A stretch of 25,204 nt of DNA from an uncultured Dehalococcoidaceae bacterium (GTDB lineage Bacteria; Chloroflexota; Dehalococcoidia; Dehalococcoidales; RBG-16-60-22): NCBI GenBank assembly GCA_964467135.1, contig CAYXOZ010000005.1, positions 1 to 25,204 on the forward strand, read 5' to 3'. The notes beneath the pieces were generated by a model that was not told the origin of the DNA, made no database searches, and saw only the letters and a program-made list of their open reading frames with translations. This document shows, in pieces, positions 16,581 through 25,204 of this stretch (position 1 is its first letter; the number at the start of each line of letters is the position of its first letter). The position numbers and the translations under genes were made by a program.

Positions 16581-16967
16581 ATGCCAAAAGACATGGCCCA
16601 TAAAATACGTCGATTCCTCAGGAAAATCGACCGTAATGGCAAGGGTTTTACCCTGGTGGAACTGCTTATCGTCGTGGCTATCCTGGGCGTCCTGGCGGCG
16701 GTCGTCCTGCCTAACGTCACCGGTCTCGCCGGCGAAGGGCAGGAGGAAGCCGCCAAGGCCGAGCTGGTGACCGTGCAGACAGCCATGGACACGATGATGG
16801 CGAAAAGCCACATCACCTCGGTCACCGCCACCACCACCACTGACGATATGTCGGCTTTTCCGACAGGACGGCCGTTATATCCGGATTACCTGAGGACTGA
16901 CACCACCAAGGGCACTTATTCCTGTACCATCACCGGTCTGGTTACCCAGGTATCTAAAGGCTATTAG
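16581..16967 (+). CDS. Type IV pilin (PilA-like prepilin)
   Basis: GGAGGT RBS; basic 22-aa leader; class III cleavage site KG|FTLVELLIVVAILGVLAAVVLP with Glu at +5. Confidence 0.92.
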   Translation: MPKDMAHKIRRFLRKIDRNGKGFTLVELLIVVAILGVLAAVVLPNVTGLAGEGQEEAAKAELVTVQTAMDTMMAKSHITSVTATTTTDDMSAFPTGRPLYPDYLRTDTTKGTYSCTITGLVTQVSKGY

Positions 16968-17057
16968 TCGCCAGGATCAGCCGCCCGGATTGTACCCTTC
17001 CTTCGCGGGCGTAATTAACCGCGTTATCCCTGACGCGCAGGTATCAGGAGAAGAGAT

Positions 17058-19883
17058 ATGACCATCGGAGTAACCCGTTTTCGGCGGTGGGGATATAATA
17101 TCCCCCGGACTGCTTCAGCCATTGTGCGTTTCATATTCGAGCCCTCATCCGGTGTGGATCCGATGCAGCGGCGACGTGTCCGCATGCTCTCGATTTTCCT
17201 GCTGATAATGACCGTCAACACGATAGTAAGCATGCTGGTCCTGAAAAATGTCGGCGGCGACCCGTGGATAGTCCTGCAGGGTACCTCTCTGGCCCTTTTC
17301 CTGGGTTATCTGGTCAGCCGCACCAGGTACTACCAGGCGGCGCTGGTGGTGGCTATCACCATACCCGCCCTCCCTCCGCTGGCTATCGCCCTTTTCAAAC
17401 CTCCCGAAGTGAACCTTTCGGTGGAACTGATGTGGCTGGCCCTGCCGTTGATGGTCGCCGCCCTGATGCTGACGGCGAGAGGAACCATCATCGTCGCTAT
17501 CGGTTATGCGTCCTTTACCGCGGCGCTCAAGGTGTTCGGCTTGATGGAAATGAAAGACCTGGCGCCTGTGATAGGCTACCTCATTATCGTTACCTTTTTC
17601 GTGATTGTCATCTCCATCATCCGTAAAAGAGACCGGGTGGAAATAGAGAACCAGGTTATTGAGTTGCAGCGCGTCGAGAAGCTGCTGAGTGAGAACAACG
17701 AACAATTGGACACGATACTGAATTCCATCCCCTGTGGCATCATCGTTGTTGACGAAGAAGCACACGTTATCCAGGACGTCAACAACTACGCGAGCCGCAT
17801 CATCGGTCTGCGCCCGGAGGAGATTATCGGGAAAGAGTGTCACCGGTTCATCTGCCCCACCCAGCGGGGGAAATGCCCCATCACCGACCTGGGCTCGCAA
17901 ACCGATAACTCGGAGCGGGTACTCATTGATACCAGCGGTAAGTCCATACCCATCCTGAAAAATATTGTGCGGGTGACGATGGGCGGGCGGCGGTACCTGC
18001 TGGAGACTTTTGTTGACATCACCGAACGCAAGCGTATCGAAGCGGCGCTGAGAGAATCGGAGGAGCAGTTCTCCAAAGCCTTTCACGCCAGCCCCGACTC
18101 TATCTCGATTTCCCGATTAAGCGACGGCGTCTTTATCGAAGTAAACGAGAGTTATACCCGCACCTTCGGCTATACCCGCGAAGAGCTGGTCGGTCACAAT
18201 GCCGACGATTTGAATCTGTGGGCCAATCCGGAACAGCGGGAAAGCATGCTCCGGAAGATACGCGAACGTGTCATCATGAATAATGAAGAAATCCAGACAC
18301 GTACCAAAGCGGGTGAAATCCGCACCCAGCTGATATCCAGCGAATACGTCTCTATCGGGGGTGAACCCTGCCTTCTCGTGGTCAGCACCGACATTTCCGA
18401 GCGCAAGAGTATGGAAGAGTCCCTGGCCAACGAAGCTATACGCCGCCGTATCCTGATCGAGCAGTCGCGCGACGGCATCGTTATCCTCGACCAGGACGGC
18501 ACGGTCTTCGAAGCCAATCGCCGGTTCGCGGAAATGCTGGGTTATTCTTCGGAAGAAATCCTCAAGCTCAATGTCTGGGACTGGGAATTCCTTTATCCGC
18601 CGGAACAGGTAAAGGAAATGTTAAGGACCGTCGGCGAGGCCGGCGACCATTTTAAGACGACTCACCGGCGCAAAGACGGCACGACCCTCGATGTTGAAAT
18701 AAGCACCAACGGAGCGATGTTCTCGGGACAAAAGCTTATTTTTTGCGTCTGCCGGGACATATCCGAGCGCAACCGCATGGAGAAAGCCCTGAGGGAGTCT
18801 GAGGAAAAATTCTCCAAAGCTTTTTACAATATCCCGGAGGCTATCTCCATTTCCAGGTTGAGCGACGGAACCTTCGTAGAGGTGAACGATACCTACACGC
18901 GCGTCACCGGCTACACGCGAGATAAAGCAATAGGTCGCTCTTCGGAGGAGTTAAAACTCTGGGTAAACGCTGACCAGCGTAACGAGGTGATACGCCGGAT
19001 ACAGGCAGGGGGACGTGTCGAGAATGAAGAGTTCCAGCTCGTGGTGAAATCGGGGGAAAAACGGACCATACTGCTATCCGCCGATATCATCAACATCAAC
19101 GGCGAACCCTGCCTGTTAATTATCGGCAACGACATCAGCGAACGTAAGCGCGCCGAAGAAAAACTGAAAGAAGCGCTGGCTAACCTGGAACGCTCCAGCG
19201 GCCAGCTCGCGGCGACGAACAAAGAGCTGGAGGCCTTCAGCTATTCCGTGTCTCATGACCTCAGGTCGCCGTTAAGGAGCATCGACGGTTTCAGCCAGGC
19301 GCTCATCGAAGATTATAAAGACACACTCGATGAAAAAGGCCAGGACTACCTCCAGCGCCTCCGCAGCGCCAGCCAGAAAATGGGCGAGCTCATCGACGGC
19401 ATATTGAAACTCTCGCGCCTTACCCGGAGCGAAATACACCATGAGCCGATTGACCTGAGCGCGCTGGCCCGGGAGATTGCCGGCAGGCTCCAGGAAGCGC
19501 AACCGGAACGCCGGGCGGAATTCGTCATCCATAACGATTTGACCGCCACCGGAGACCCCCAGTTGATGAGAGTGCTGCTGGAAAACCTGCTGGGTAATGC
19601 CTGGAAATTTACCGGTAAAAAGCCGACCGCGAAGATAGAATTCGGGGTAGAAAACCAGAACGGCCGGCAGTCCTATTTCATTAGAGACAATGGCGCCGGG
19701 TTCGACATGACCTATGTGGATAAGCTTTTTGGCGCTTTCCAGCGCCTCCATGAGGTGACGGAGTTCCCCGGTACGGGTATCGGCCTGGCCACGGTGAAGC
19801 GGATTATCCACCGCCACGGCGGTACTATCTGGGCCGAGGGACAACCGGGGGAAGGCGCTACGTTTCACTTCACCATTAATTAA
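17058..19883 (+). CDS. Membrane-bound PAS (x4) sensor histidine kinase
   Basis: N-terminal multi-TM region; four PAS/PAC units; H-box FSYSVSHDLRSPLRSIDGF; HATPase boxes NLLGNAWKF, DNGAGFD and GTGIGLA; AGGAG RBS. Confidence 0.92.
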   Translation: MTIGVTRFRRWGYNIPRTASAIVRFIFEPSSGVDPMQRRRVRMLSIFLLIMTVNTIVSMLVLKNVGGDPWIVLQGTSLALFLGYLVSRTRYYQAALVVAITIPALPPLAIALFKPPEVNLSVELMWLALPLMVAALMLTARGTIIVAIGYASFTAALKVFGLMEMKDLAPVIGYLIIVTFFVIVISIIRKRDRVEIENQVIELQRVEKLLSENNEQLDTILNSIPCGIIVVDEEAHVIQDVNNYASRIIGLRPEEIIGKECHRFICPTQRGKCPITDLGSQTDNSERVLIDTSGKSIPILKNIVRVTMGGRRYLLETFVDITERKRIEAALRESEEQFSKAFHASPDSISISRLSDGVFIEVNESYTRTFGYTREELVGHNADDLNLWANPEQRESMLRKIRERVIMNNEEIQTRTKAGEIRTQLISSEYVSIGGEPCLLVVSTDISERKSMEESLANEAIRRRILIEQSRDGIVILDQDGTVFEANRRFAEMLGYSSEEILKLNVWDWEFLYPPEQVKEMLRTVGEAGDHFKTTHRRKDGTTLDVEISTNGAMFSGQKLIFCVCRDISERNRMEKALRESEEKFSKAFYNIPEAISISRLSDGTFVEVNDTYTRVTGYTRDKAIGRSSEELKLWVNADQRNEVIRRIQAGGRVENEEFQLVVKSGEKRTILLSADIININGEPCLLIIGNDISERKRAEEKLKEALANLERSSGQLAATNKELEAFSYSVSHDLRSPLRSIDGFSQALIEDYKDTLDEKGQDYLQRLRSASQKMGELIDGILKLSRLTRSEIHHEPIDLSALAREIAGRLQEAQPERRAEFVIHNDLTATGDPQLMRVLLENLLGNAWKFTGKKPTAKIEFGVENQNGRQSYFIRDNGAGFDMTYVDKLFGAFQRLHEVTEFPGTGIGLATVKRIIHRHGGTIWAEGQPGEGATFHFTIN

Positions 19884-19895
19884 AGGAGCACGACG

Positions 19896-20345
19896 ATGAT
19901 AGGAAGAGACGAAGTAATTCTGCTGGTGGAAGATAACCCGGATGACGTTGAGCTTACCATGAGGGCGTTCCAGAAAAATAACATCGCCAACGAGGTAGTC
20001 GTGGCCCGCGACGGGGTGGAAGCCCTGGACTATCTCTTCTGCCAGGGAGCTCACGTAAACCGGGATATCACTAAAACCCCGAGGCTTGTGCTCCTCGACT
20101 TAAAATTGCCGAAACTCGACGGCCTCCAGGTGCTGGAGCGCCTCCGCGCCGATGACCGCACCAAGCTCGTTCCCGTCGTTATCCTGACATCTTCGAGGGA
20201 GGAACAGGACCTCATCAGCGGCTACCGCTCCGGGGCAAACAGCTATGTGCGTAAACCGGTGGACTTTAATCAGTTTCTCAACGCCGTCCGCCAGATAGGA
20301 CTCTACTGGCTATTGATAAATGAATCGCCGGCTCAGCAATACTAA
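19896..20345 (+). CDS. Single-domain response regulator (Rcp1-like)
   Basis: ILLVEDNPDD, LLDLKLPKLDG, ILTSS and NSYVRKPVDF...YWL; no output domain; AGGAG RBS. Confidence 0.92.
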   Translation: MIGRDEVILLVEDNPDDVELTMRAFQKNNIANEVVVARDGVEALDYLFCQGAHVNRDITKTPRLVLLDLKLPKLDGLQVLERLRADDRTKLVPVVILTSSREEQDLISGYRSGANSYVRKPVDFNQFLNAVRQIGLYWLLINESPAQQY

Positions 20346-20393
20346 GGATGAAAAATACTCGCCTGCCTTCAATACTAGCTCATGGGCTGAATA

Positions 20394-23300
20394 ATGGAAA
20401 ACGGGAATATTAAAGTTTTACTGATTGAAGACAACCCCGATGATACCGAGCTGCTCCTGAGAAAGCTGGGGAAGTCGGTGAACGGCCAGCTGGCAGTTAC
20501 CACCGTGAAAACCCTGCACGACGCGCTGGAATATATCAGGGAGAACAAACCGGATATCATCTTAAGCGACCTCGGACTGCCGGACAGTCACGGCCTCGAT
20601 ACCGTCACCAAAATAATGTGCGAAGAGCCGCAGATACCCCTGGTAGTGCTCAGCGGGTTCGATGATGAGGCTACCGCCATTAAAGCCGTACAGTCCGGCG
20701 CGCAGGACTACCTGGTAAAGGGGCAGCTGGAGGGCCGGCAGATAGAACGCGTCCTCTTCTACGCCATCGAGCGGGCCCGGTTACAATCGGAGCTGGAGCA
20801 ACATACCCAGGAAATAACCAAAATCCAGTCCAATCTATTGAAAATCCTGGGGAAAAACGCTGATGCCATCATCGTCGTCGGCGAGAAGGGGCGGATACTG
20901 TTTGCCAATCCGGCCGCCGAGTCCCTTCTGGACCAGAAGAAAAAAGACCTGATTAACGAATCATTTAGTTTCCCGCTGAACAAAGGCAAAAAGTCGGAAA
21001 TAATCATCAAGCATCGCGGCAGGAATGATACTGTCGCCGAGATGAACGTAGTTGAAATCAACTGGGAAGGCAAGCCCGCCTATCTGGCATCCCTGCGTGA
21101 TATCACCGAGCGCAAGCAGATGGAAGAGGCCGTGAGAGAATCGGAAGCCAAATTCTCCAAGGCGTTCCATTCCAGCGCCAACCTGTTCGCCATCAATAAG
21201 CTCGAAGACGGTAATTTCATCGAAGTGAATGAAAGCTTCACCCGAATAACGGGCTATTCCCGTAAAGAGGCTATCGGCCATAATGCCACCGACCTCAATC
21301 TCTGGGCTGACGAAGAAGAGCAGGCCAGAATCGTTAAAAAGACCAGAGAAAACGAGATACTGCGTAACGAACAAATCAAAATCCGCCACAAGTCAGGCGA
21401 GATACGCAACGGGCTTTTTTCCAGCGAGCAGATTACCGTCGGCGGTGAACCCTGCTTTATTCACACTATTACCGATATCACCGAGCTCAAGCGGGCTGAG
21501 GAACAGCTGCGCGTATCGGAAGACAAGTTTTCCAAAGCTTTCCGCCACAGCCCGGAAGGGATAGTCATCTCCCGCGTAGAGGACGGCACGATACTGGAAG
21601 CCAACGATACCTTTTTACGACTCACCGGCTATACCCATGAAGAAGTCATCGGGAAGAAATCCATCGAGCTGGGACTCTGGGCAAATCCGGAAGAACGCGG
21701 GGAAATACTTAAAATACTAAAAGACGAAGGGACGGTGAACAACCGGGAATGCCAGTTCCGCATGAGGTCCGGCGAAATCCGCACCTGGCTTTTTTCCGCT
21801 GAGATCATCAATATCAACAACAATCCCTACATGCTTTCCGTGACCACCGATATTACCGAGCGTAAAAAGGTCGAGGAAAAGCTGCGCTATTCGGATACCG
21901 CCCTGAACTCCATCCATGAAGGCGTCTTCGCCACGGATAATCAATTTATCATTTCCCGGTGGAACGAGATTTGCGAACAGATGTTTGGCACTAAAGCCTC
22001 CGAGGCTATCGGGAAACTCGTGGGCGATGTCATTGTGATGGTCGAAGACTACCCGAAGCAAAACGAAAAGCGCTTCGCCCTCCTCATGACCAAAGGGTTC
22101 AACCAGGAGGAGCAGATTTACCGGACCCCAAAGGGTAATATCTGGGTCGACGTGCACGCCCAGGCGATAGAGGAAAACGGCAAGCGCTTCGGCTGGGTAA
22201 CCCTGGTAACGGACATTACCCCCCGCAAGAGGGCGGAAGAGGAACTGCGCTTCTCCCACGCCGCCTTCCGGTCCATCCATGAAAGTGTCATCGCCACGGA
22301 CACGAAATACGTCATCACCCACTGGAACGATATCAGCGAACAGATGTACGGGACTAAAGCCGCCGAGGCCATCGGCAAGAAGCTGATGGACGTTATCGAG
22401 ATTGAGGAAAATTTGCCTGGTGAAAACGAGCGGCGGTTACAAAGACTGGAGTCCGACGGCTACTACCGTGAAGAGCAGCTGCACCGCACCAGATACGGTG
22501 AGGTATGGGTCGATGTCAGCGTGCAGGCGATAGAAGAAAACGGGAAACGTTACGGCTGGATAGTGTTAGCCTCGGCGATATCCCAGCGTAAACTGGCTGA
22601 GGAGGCGCTCAAACGGAGCGAGGAAAAATACCGGGAGCTTATCAACACCTCCACCGACGGTATCGTCTCCACCGATGCCGGGATGAGGGTCATCATCTGG
22701 AACCAGGGAGCGGAAAAAATATTCGGGTATAAAGAAAAGGAAATGCTGGGGCAATCCTTATTGAAAATTATCCCGGAGAGGGAGCATACAAGAACGAAAA
22801 AAGAGCAACACAGTATAAAAAATACCATAACGGAGAAAACAAACCGCATCATCGAGGGTATCGGCCTGAGAAAGGATGGGAAAGAGATACCGATTGAGCT
22901 TTCGCTATCGGCCAGAGAAAATGAGGGCACTTTCATCGCTACCGCCATCATCAGAGATGTCACCGAACGCAAAGAAGCCGAGGAAAAGCTGCGGAAAATC
23001 GACCAGATGAAACAAGAGTTCCTCTCCAATATCTCTCACGAGCTGCGCACACCGCTCCAGTCCATCGGCGGCTTTACCAAGTTGATACTAACCGGCCAGG
23101 TCCCCGACCCCACCGTCCAGCAGGAGTTCCTGCAAATTATCGACCGCGAGACTTCACACATCGGCAATCTCATCAATAACCTGCTGGACATGTCCCGGCT
23201 GGAATCCGGCCGTTTCCAGGTGAATAAGAGGCTCATACCGTTACGGCAGACCATCATCGATTCCGTCAAAACTTTTTACAGCATCGCCCGGGACAAAAAC

Positions 23301-23768
23301 ATCTCCCTCAAAGAGGAAATTCCCCGGGAGCTCCCGGAAATGGAAGTGGACAGTGAACGCCTGCGGCAGGTAATTATTAATTTGCTGAGCAACGCCATTA
23401 AATTCAGCGAACCCGGCGGCAGCGTTCTTGTCCGGGCGGAAAAACGCGAAGGAGAATTACTTTTCCAGGTTTCCGACCACGGTATGGGCATATCCCCGGA
23501 AGACCAGAAGCGCCTCTTCGAGAGGTTCTTCAGGGCGGAAGACAAAGCGGCGCAGGGCGGTACCGGACTGGGACTATATATCACCAAGCAGATTATCGAG
23601 GCGCACGGCGGGCGCATCTGGGTAGAAAGCAAAGTTAACGAAGGCAGCACCTTCAGTTTTAATCTGCCTTTTAACGGCAGAGGAGGCACCGGACATGACG
23701 AAAAAAATACTGGTCATCGAAGACGACCCGGCCATATCAAGACTGGTGGACTATTCCCTCAGGCATGA
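20394..23768 (+). CDS. Cytoplasmic hybrid kinase: REC - PAS(x6) - HisKA - HATPase
   Basis: N-terminal REC (LLIEDNPDD, LSDLGLPDS, YLVKG); six PAS/PAC units; ISHELRTPL, NLLSNAIKF, DHGMGI and GTGLGLYI; no TM segment. Confidence 0.92.
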   Translation: MENGNIKVLLIEDNPDDTELLLRKLGKSVNGQLAVTTVKTLHDALEYIRENKPDIILSDLGLPDSHGLDTVTKIMCEEPQIPLVVLSGFDDEATAIKAVQSGAQDYLVKGQLEGRQIERVLFYAIERARLQSELEQHTQEITKIQSNLLKILGKNADAIIVVGEKGRILFANPAAESLLDQKKKDLINESFSFPLNKGKKSEIIIKHRGRNDTVAEMNVVEINWEGKPAYLASLRDITERKQMEEAVRESEAKFSKAFHSSANLFAINKLEDGNFIEVNESFTRITGYSRKEAIGHNATDLNLWADEEEQARIVKKTRENEILRNEQIKIRHKSGEIRNGLFSSEQITVGGEPCFIHTITDITELKRAEEQLRVSEDKFSKAFRHSPEGIVISRVEDGTILEANDTFLRLTGYTHEEVIGKKSIELGLWANPEERGEILKILKDEGTVNNRECQFRMRSGEIRTWLFSAEIININNNPYMLSVTTDITERKKVEEKLRYSDTALNSIHEGVFATDNQFIISRWNEICEQMFGTKASEAIGKLVGDVIVMVEDYPKQNEKRFALLMTKGFNQEEQIYRTPKGNIWVDVHAQAIEENGKRFGWVTLVTDITPRKRAEEELRFSHAAFRSIHESVIATDTKYVITHWNDISEQMYGTKAAEAIGKKLMDVIEIEENLPGENERRLQRLESDGYYREEQLHRTRYGEVWVDVSVQAIEENGKRYGWIVLASAISQRKLAEEALKRSEEKYRELINTSTDGIVSTDAGMRVIIWNQGAEKIFGYKEKEMLGQSLLKIIPEREHTRTKKEQHSIKNTITEKTNRIIEGIGLRKDGKEIPIELSLSARENEGTFIATAIIRDVTERKEAEEKLRKIDQMKQEFLSNISHELRTPLQSIGGFTKLILTGQVPDPTVQQEFLQIIDRETSHIGNLINNLLDMSRLESGRFQVNKRLIPLRQTIIDSVKTFYSIARDKNISLKEEIPRELPEMEVDSERLRQVIINLLSNAIKFSEPGGSVLVRAEKREGELLFQVSDHGMGISPEDQKRLFERFFRAEDKAAQGGTGLGLYITKQIIEAHGGRIWVESKVNEGSTFSFNLPFNGRGGTGHDEKNTGHRRRPGHIKTGGLFPQA
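21882..22607 (+). repeat. Tandem PAS-domain duplication (363-nt period) within the hybrid kinase
   Basis: LRYSDTALNSIHE...QAIEENGKRFGW (from 21882) versus LRFSHAAFRSIHE...QAIEENGKRYGW (from 22245). Confidence 0.8.
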
Positions 23769-24096
23769 AGGCTATGAAGTTATTACCGCCGCCAACGGAC
23801 TGGAAGGCATCAGAAAAGCCCGCCTTGAAGCCCCCGACGTGGTCATTCTGGATGTCATGCTGCCGGGCATGGACGGCTTCGAAATCTGTCACCGCCTGCG
23901 GTCCGAGCCGGACACGGCCCAACTGCGGATATTGATGTTTTCCGCCAAAGCCCAGGAGATAGATAAAAATACCGGGCTGAAAGTGGGGGCGGATGACTAT
24001 TTACCCAAACCGGCCGCCCCGGCGGAAATCGTGAGTCGGGTGGAAAAGCTGCTGGCAAAGAAGAAAAGCCACCGTGCCGCCGAGGAGAAGGTGTGA
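23695..24096 (+). CDS. Single-domain response regulator
   Basis: AGGAGG RBS; ILVIEDD, ILDVMLPGMDG, FSAK and DYLPKP; 133 aa with no output domain. Confidence 0.92.
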   Translation: MTKKILVIEDDPAISRLVDYSLRHEGYEVITAANGLEGIRKARLEAPDVVILDVMLPGMDGFEICHRLRSEPDTAQLRILMFSAKAQEIDKNTGLKVGADDYLPKPAAPAEIVSRVEKLLAKKKSHRAAEEKV

Positions 24097-25204
24097 CGAA
24101 CGATAATGACAGACCTCCCGCCGCCGCCAGAACTGCTAAAAAAAACCTCGGTGAGTTGCTCGTCGAAGAGGCGCTCATCACACCGGCGCAGCTGGAAAAC
24201 GCCCTGGCGCTGCAGAAACAAAAAGGGGGCACGCTGAGCGATGCCCTTTTAAGCCAGGGGGCCATTAAAGCCGAGCAGCTCGCCGTCATGCTCAGCATCA
24301 AGCTGAACCTGCCGCTTATCGACCTCAAGAGACACGTGATACAGCCCCGGGCCTTACGCCTCATCCCCGAGGAGATGGCGCGGAAACACACCCTTATTCC
24401 CATGGACATCGTCAACGACTCTCTGATGGTGGTCATGGCCGACCCGGAAGACGTCCGCACCATCGAGGATATCAAAGCCCAGGCTAAAATGAGGGTCGAG
24501 GTGGCTCTGGGTGTCCCTTCGGACATCGAACGCGCGATTAATATCAACTATAGGTCGAGCGGCGCCATCGAAAAACAGGTCAGTCAGTTTGCCCCGGCCG
24601 ATGCGGCAAAGACCGACGAGACCCCGGCAGTGACCGCCAGTACGCCCATCACGGAGACCCTCAATCTGCTGATTACCCAGGCGATTAAAGACCGGGCCTC
24701 GGACGTCCATATCGAACCGCAGGAGGATAGACTGCGTATCCGCTACCGGATTGACGGCATCCTCCACGACATGTTCGCCTTTCCGCTCAGCGTCCACGCG
24801 CCGCTGGTGTCACGCGTGAAAATCCTCGCCGAGATGGACATCTCCGAGCAGAGACGACCCCAGGACGGGCAATTTTCCCTGAGGGTCGGCAACAACGAGG
24901 TAGATATCCGCACCGCCACCATGGAAACGCCCTACGGGGAGAGGGTCACTTTAAGGATTCTGGACAAGTCCCTGGCGCTCTTCACTCTCTCCGAGCTCGG
25001 TTTCCAGCCCGACGCCCTGATAAAATACCAGGCCATGCTGAAGCGACCCCATGGCATGATACTGGCCGGCGGACCTACCGGCTCCGGCAAGACGACCACC
25101 CTCTACGCCTCCATCAATGAGCTCGACCGGAACGAGCGTAATATCATGACCATCGAGGACCCCATCGAGTACAGCTTCATGGATATCAACCAGAGCCAGG
25201 TAAA
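24093..25204 (+). CDS. pilB: PilB/GspE/PulE-family assembly ATPase, truncated by the window end
   Basis: Absent from the ORF track. GTG at 24093 overlaps the upstream TGA (GTGA) with GAGGAG 5 nt upstream, and the frame stays open to the end. MshEN-like N-terminus (NLGELLVEEALIT..QL..AL..Q), ASDVHIEP, RYRIDG, EMDISEQRRPQDG, Walker A GPTGSGKT (25071-25094) and TIEDPIEY. Confidence 0.93.
   Translation, partial: MTNDNDRPPAAARTAKKNLGELLVEEALITPAQLENALALQKQKGGTLSDALLSQGAIKAEQLAVMLSIKLNLPLIDLKRHVIQPRALRLIPEEMARKHTLIPMDIVNDSLMVVMADPEDVRTIEDIKAQAKMRVEVALGVPSDIERAININYRSSGAIEKQVSQFAPADAAKTDETPAVTASTPITETLNLLITQAIKDRASDVHIEPQEDRLRIRYRIDGILHDMFAFPLSVHAPLVSRVKILAEMDISEQRRPQDGQFSLRVGNNEVDIRTATMETPYGERVTLRILDKSLALFTLSELGFQPDALIKYQAMLKRPHGMILAGGPTGSGKTTTLYASINELDRNERNIMTIEDPIEYSFMDINQSQV

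Noticed and set aside
16647-16967. Electrically conductive e-pilin
   Set aside because: The mature pilin (106 aa) has only 6 F/Y/W residues (about 6%) with a long aromatic-free stretch after Phe1.
17145-18086. 313-aa minus-strand ORF, also 19272-20054 and 1963-2595
   Set aside because: Fully antisense to well-supported kinase or dsrK genes; no independent coding signal.
24106-24145. Apparent frameshift at the A8 run between ATG 24106 and the PilB frame
   Set aside because: An in-frame GTG at 24093 with RBS and GTGA overlap gives an uninterrupted PilB frame, so no slippage is needed.

Overview
Gene-dense bacterial window, almost all on the + strand. A Dehalococcoidia/Chloroflexota origin is my inference from the style of the pilin, the cupin and the surface-protein C-terminus, not a database result. 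There are three blocks. (1) 1-3065: the 3' end of a Cys-containing gene, then a compact dsrM-dsrK-dsrC-like cassette with no dsrAB or dsrJOP in the window. (2) 3084-4368: a cupin-like gene (-) and a metallo-beta-lactamase-fold hydrolase (+) transcribed divergently. (3) 4420-25204: a cell-surface locus. It has two paralogous stand-alone Xis/BldC-like HTH genes, each behind an identically spaced promoter (two 7-4-7 direct-repeat boxes 32 bp apart, then 10 bp, then a -10). One HTH precedes a 3671-aa surface protein built of 13 alternating A/B Ig-like domain pairs with two HFS (possibly autoproteolytic) domains. The other precedes a type IV pilin, a PAS-rich four-gene two-component cassette with no DNA-binding output, and a PilB/GspE ATPase with a degenerate MshEN domain that runs off the window end. 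No rRNA, tRNA, CRISPR array or mobile element was recognised.
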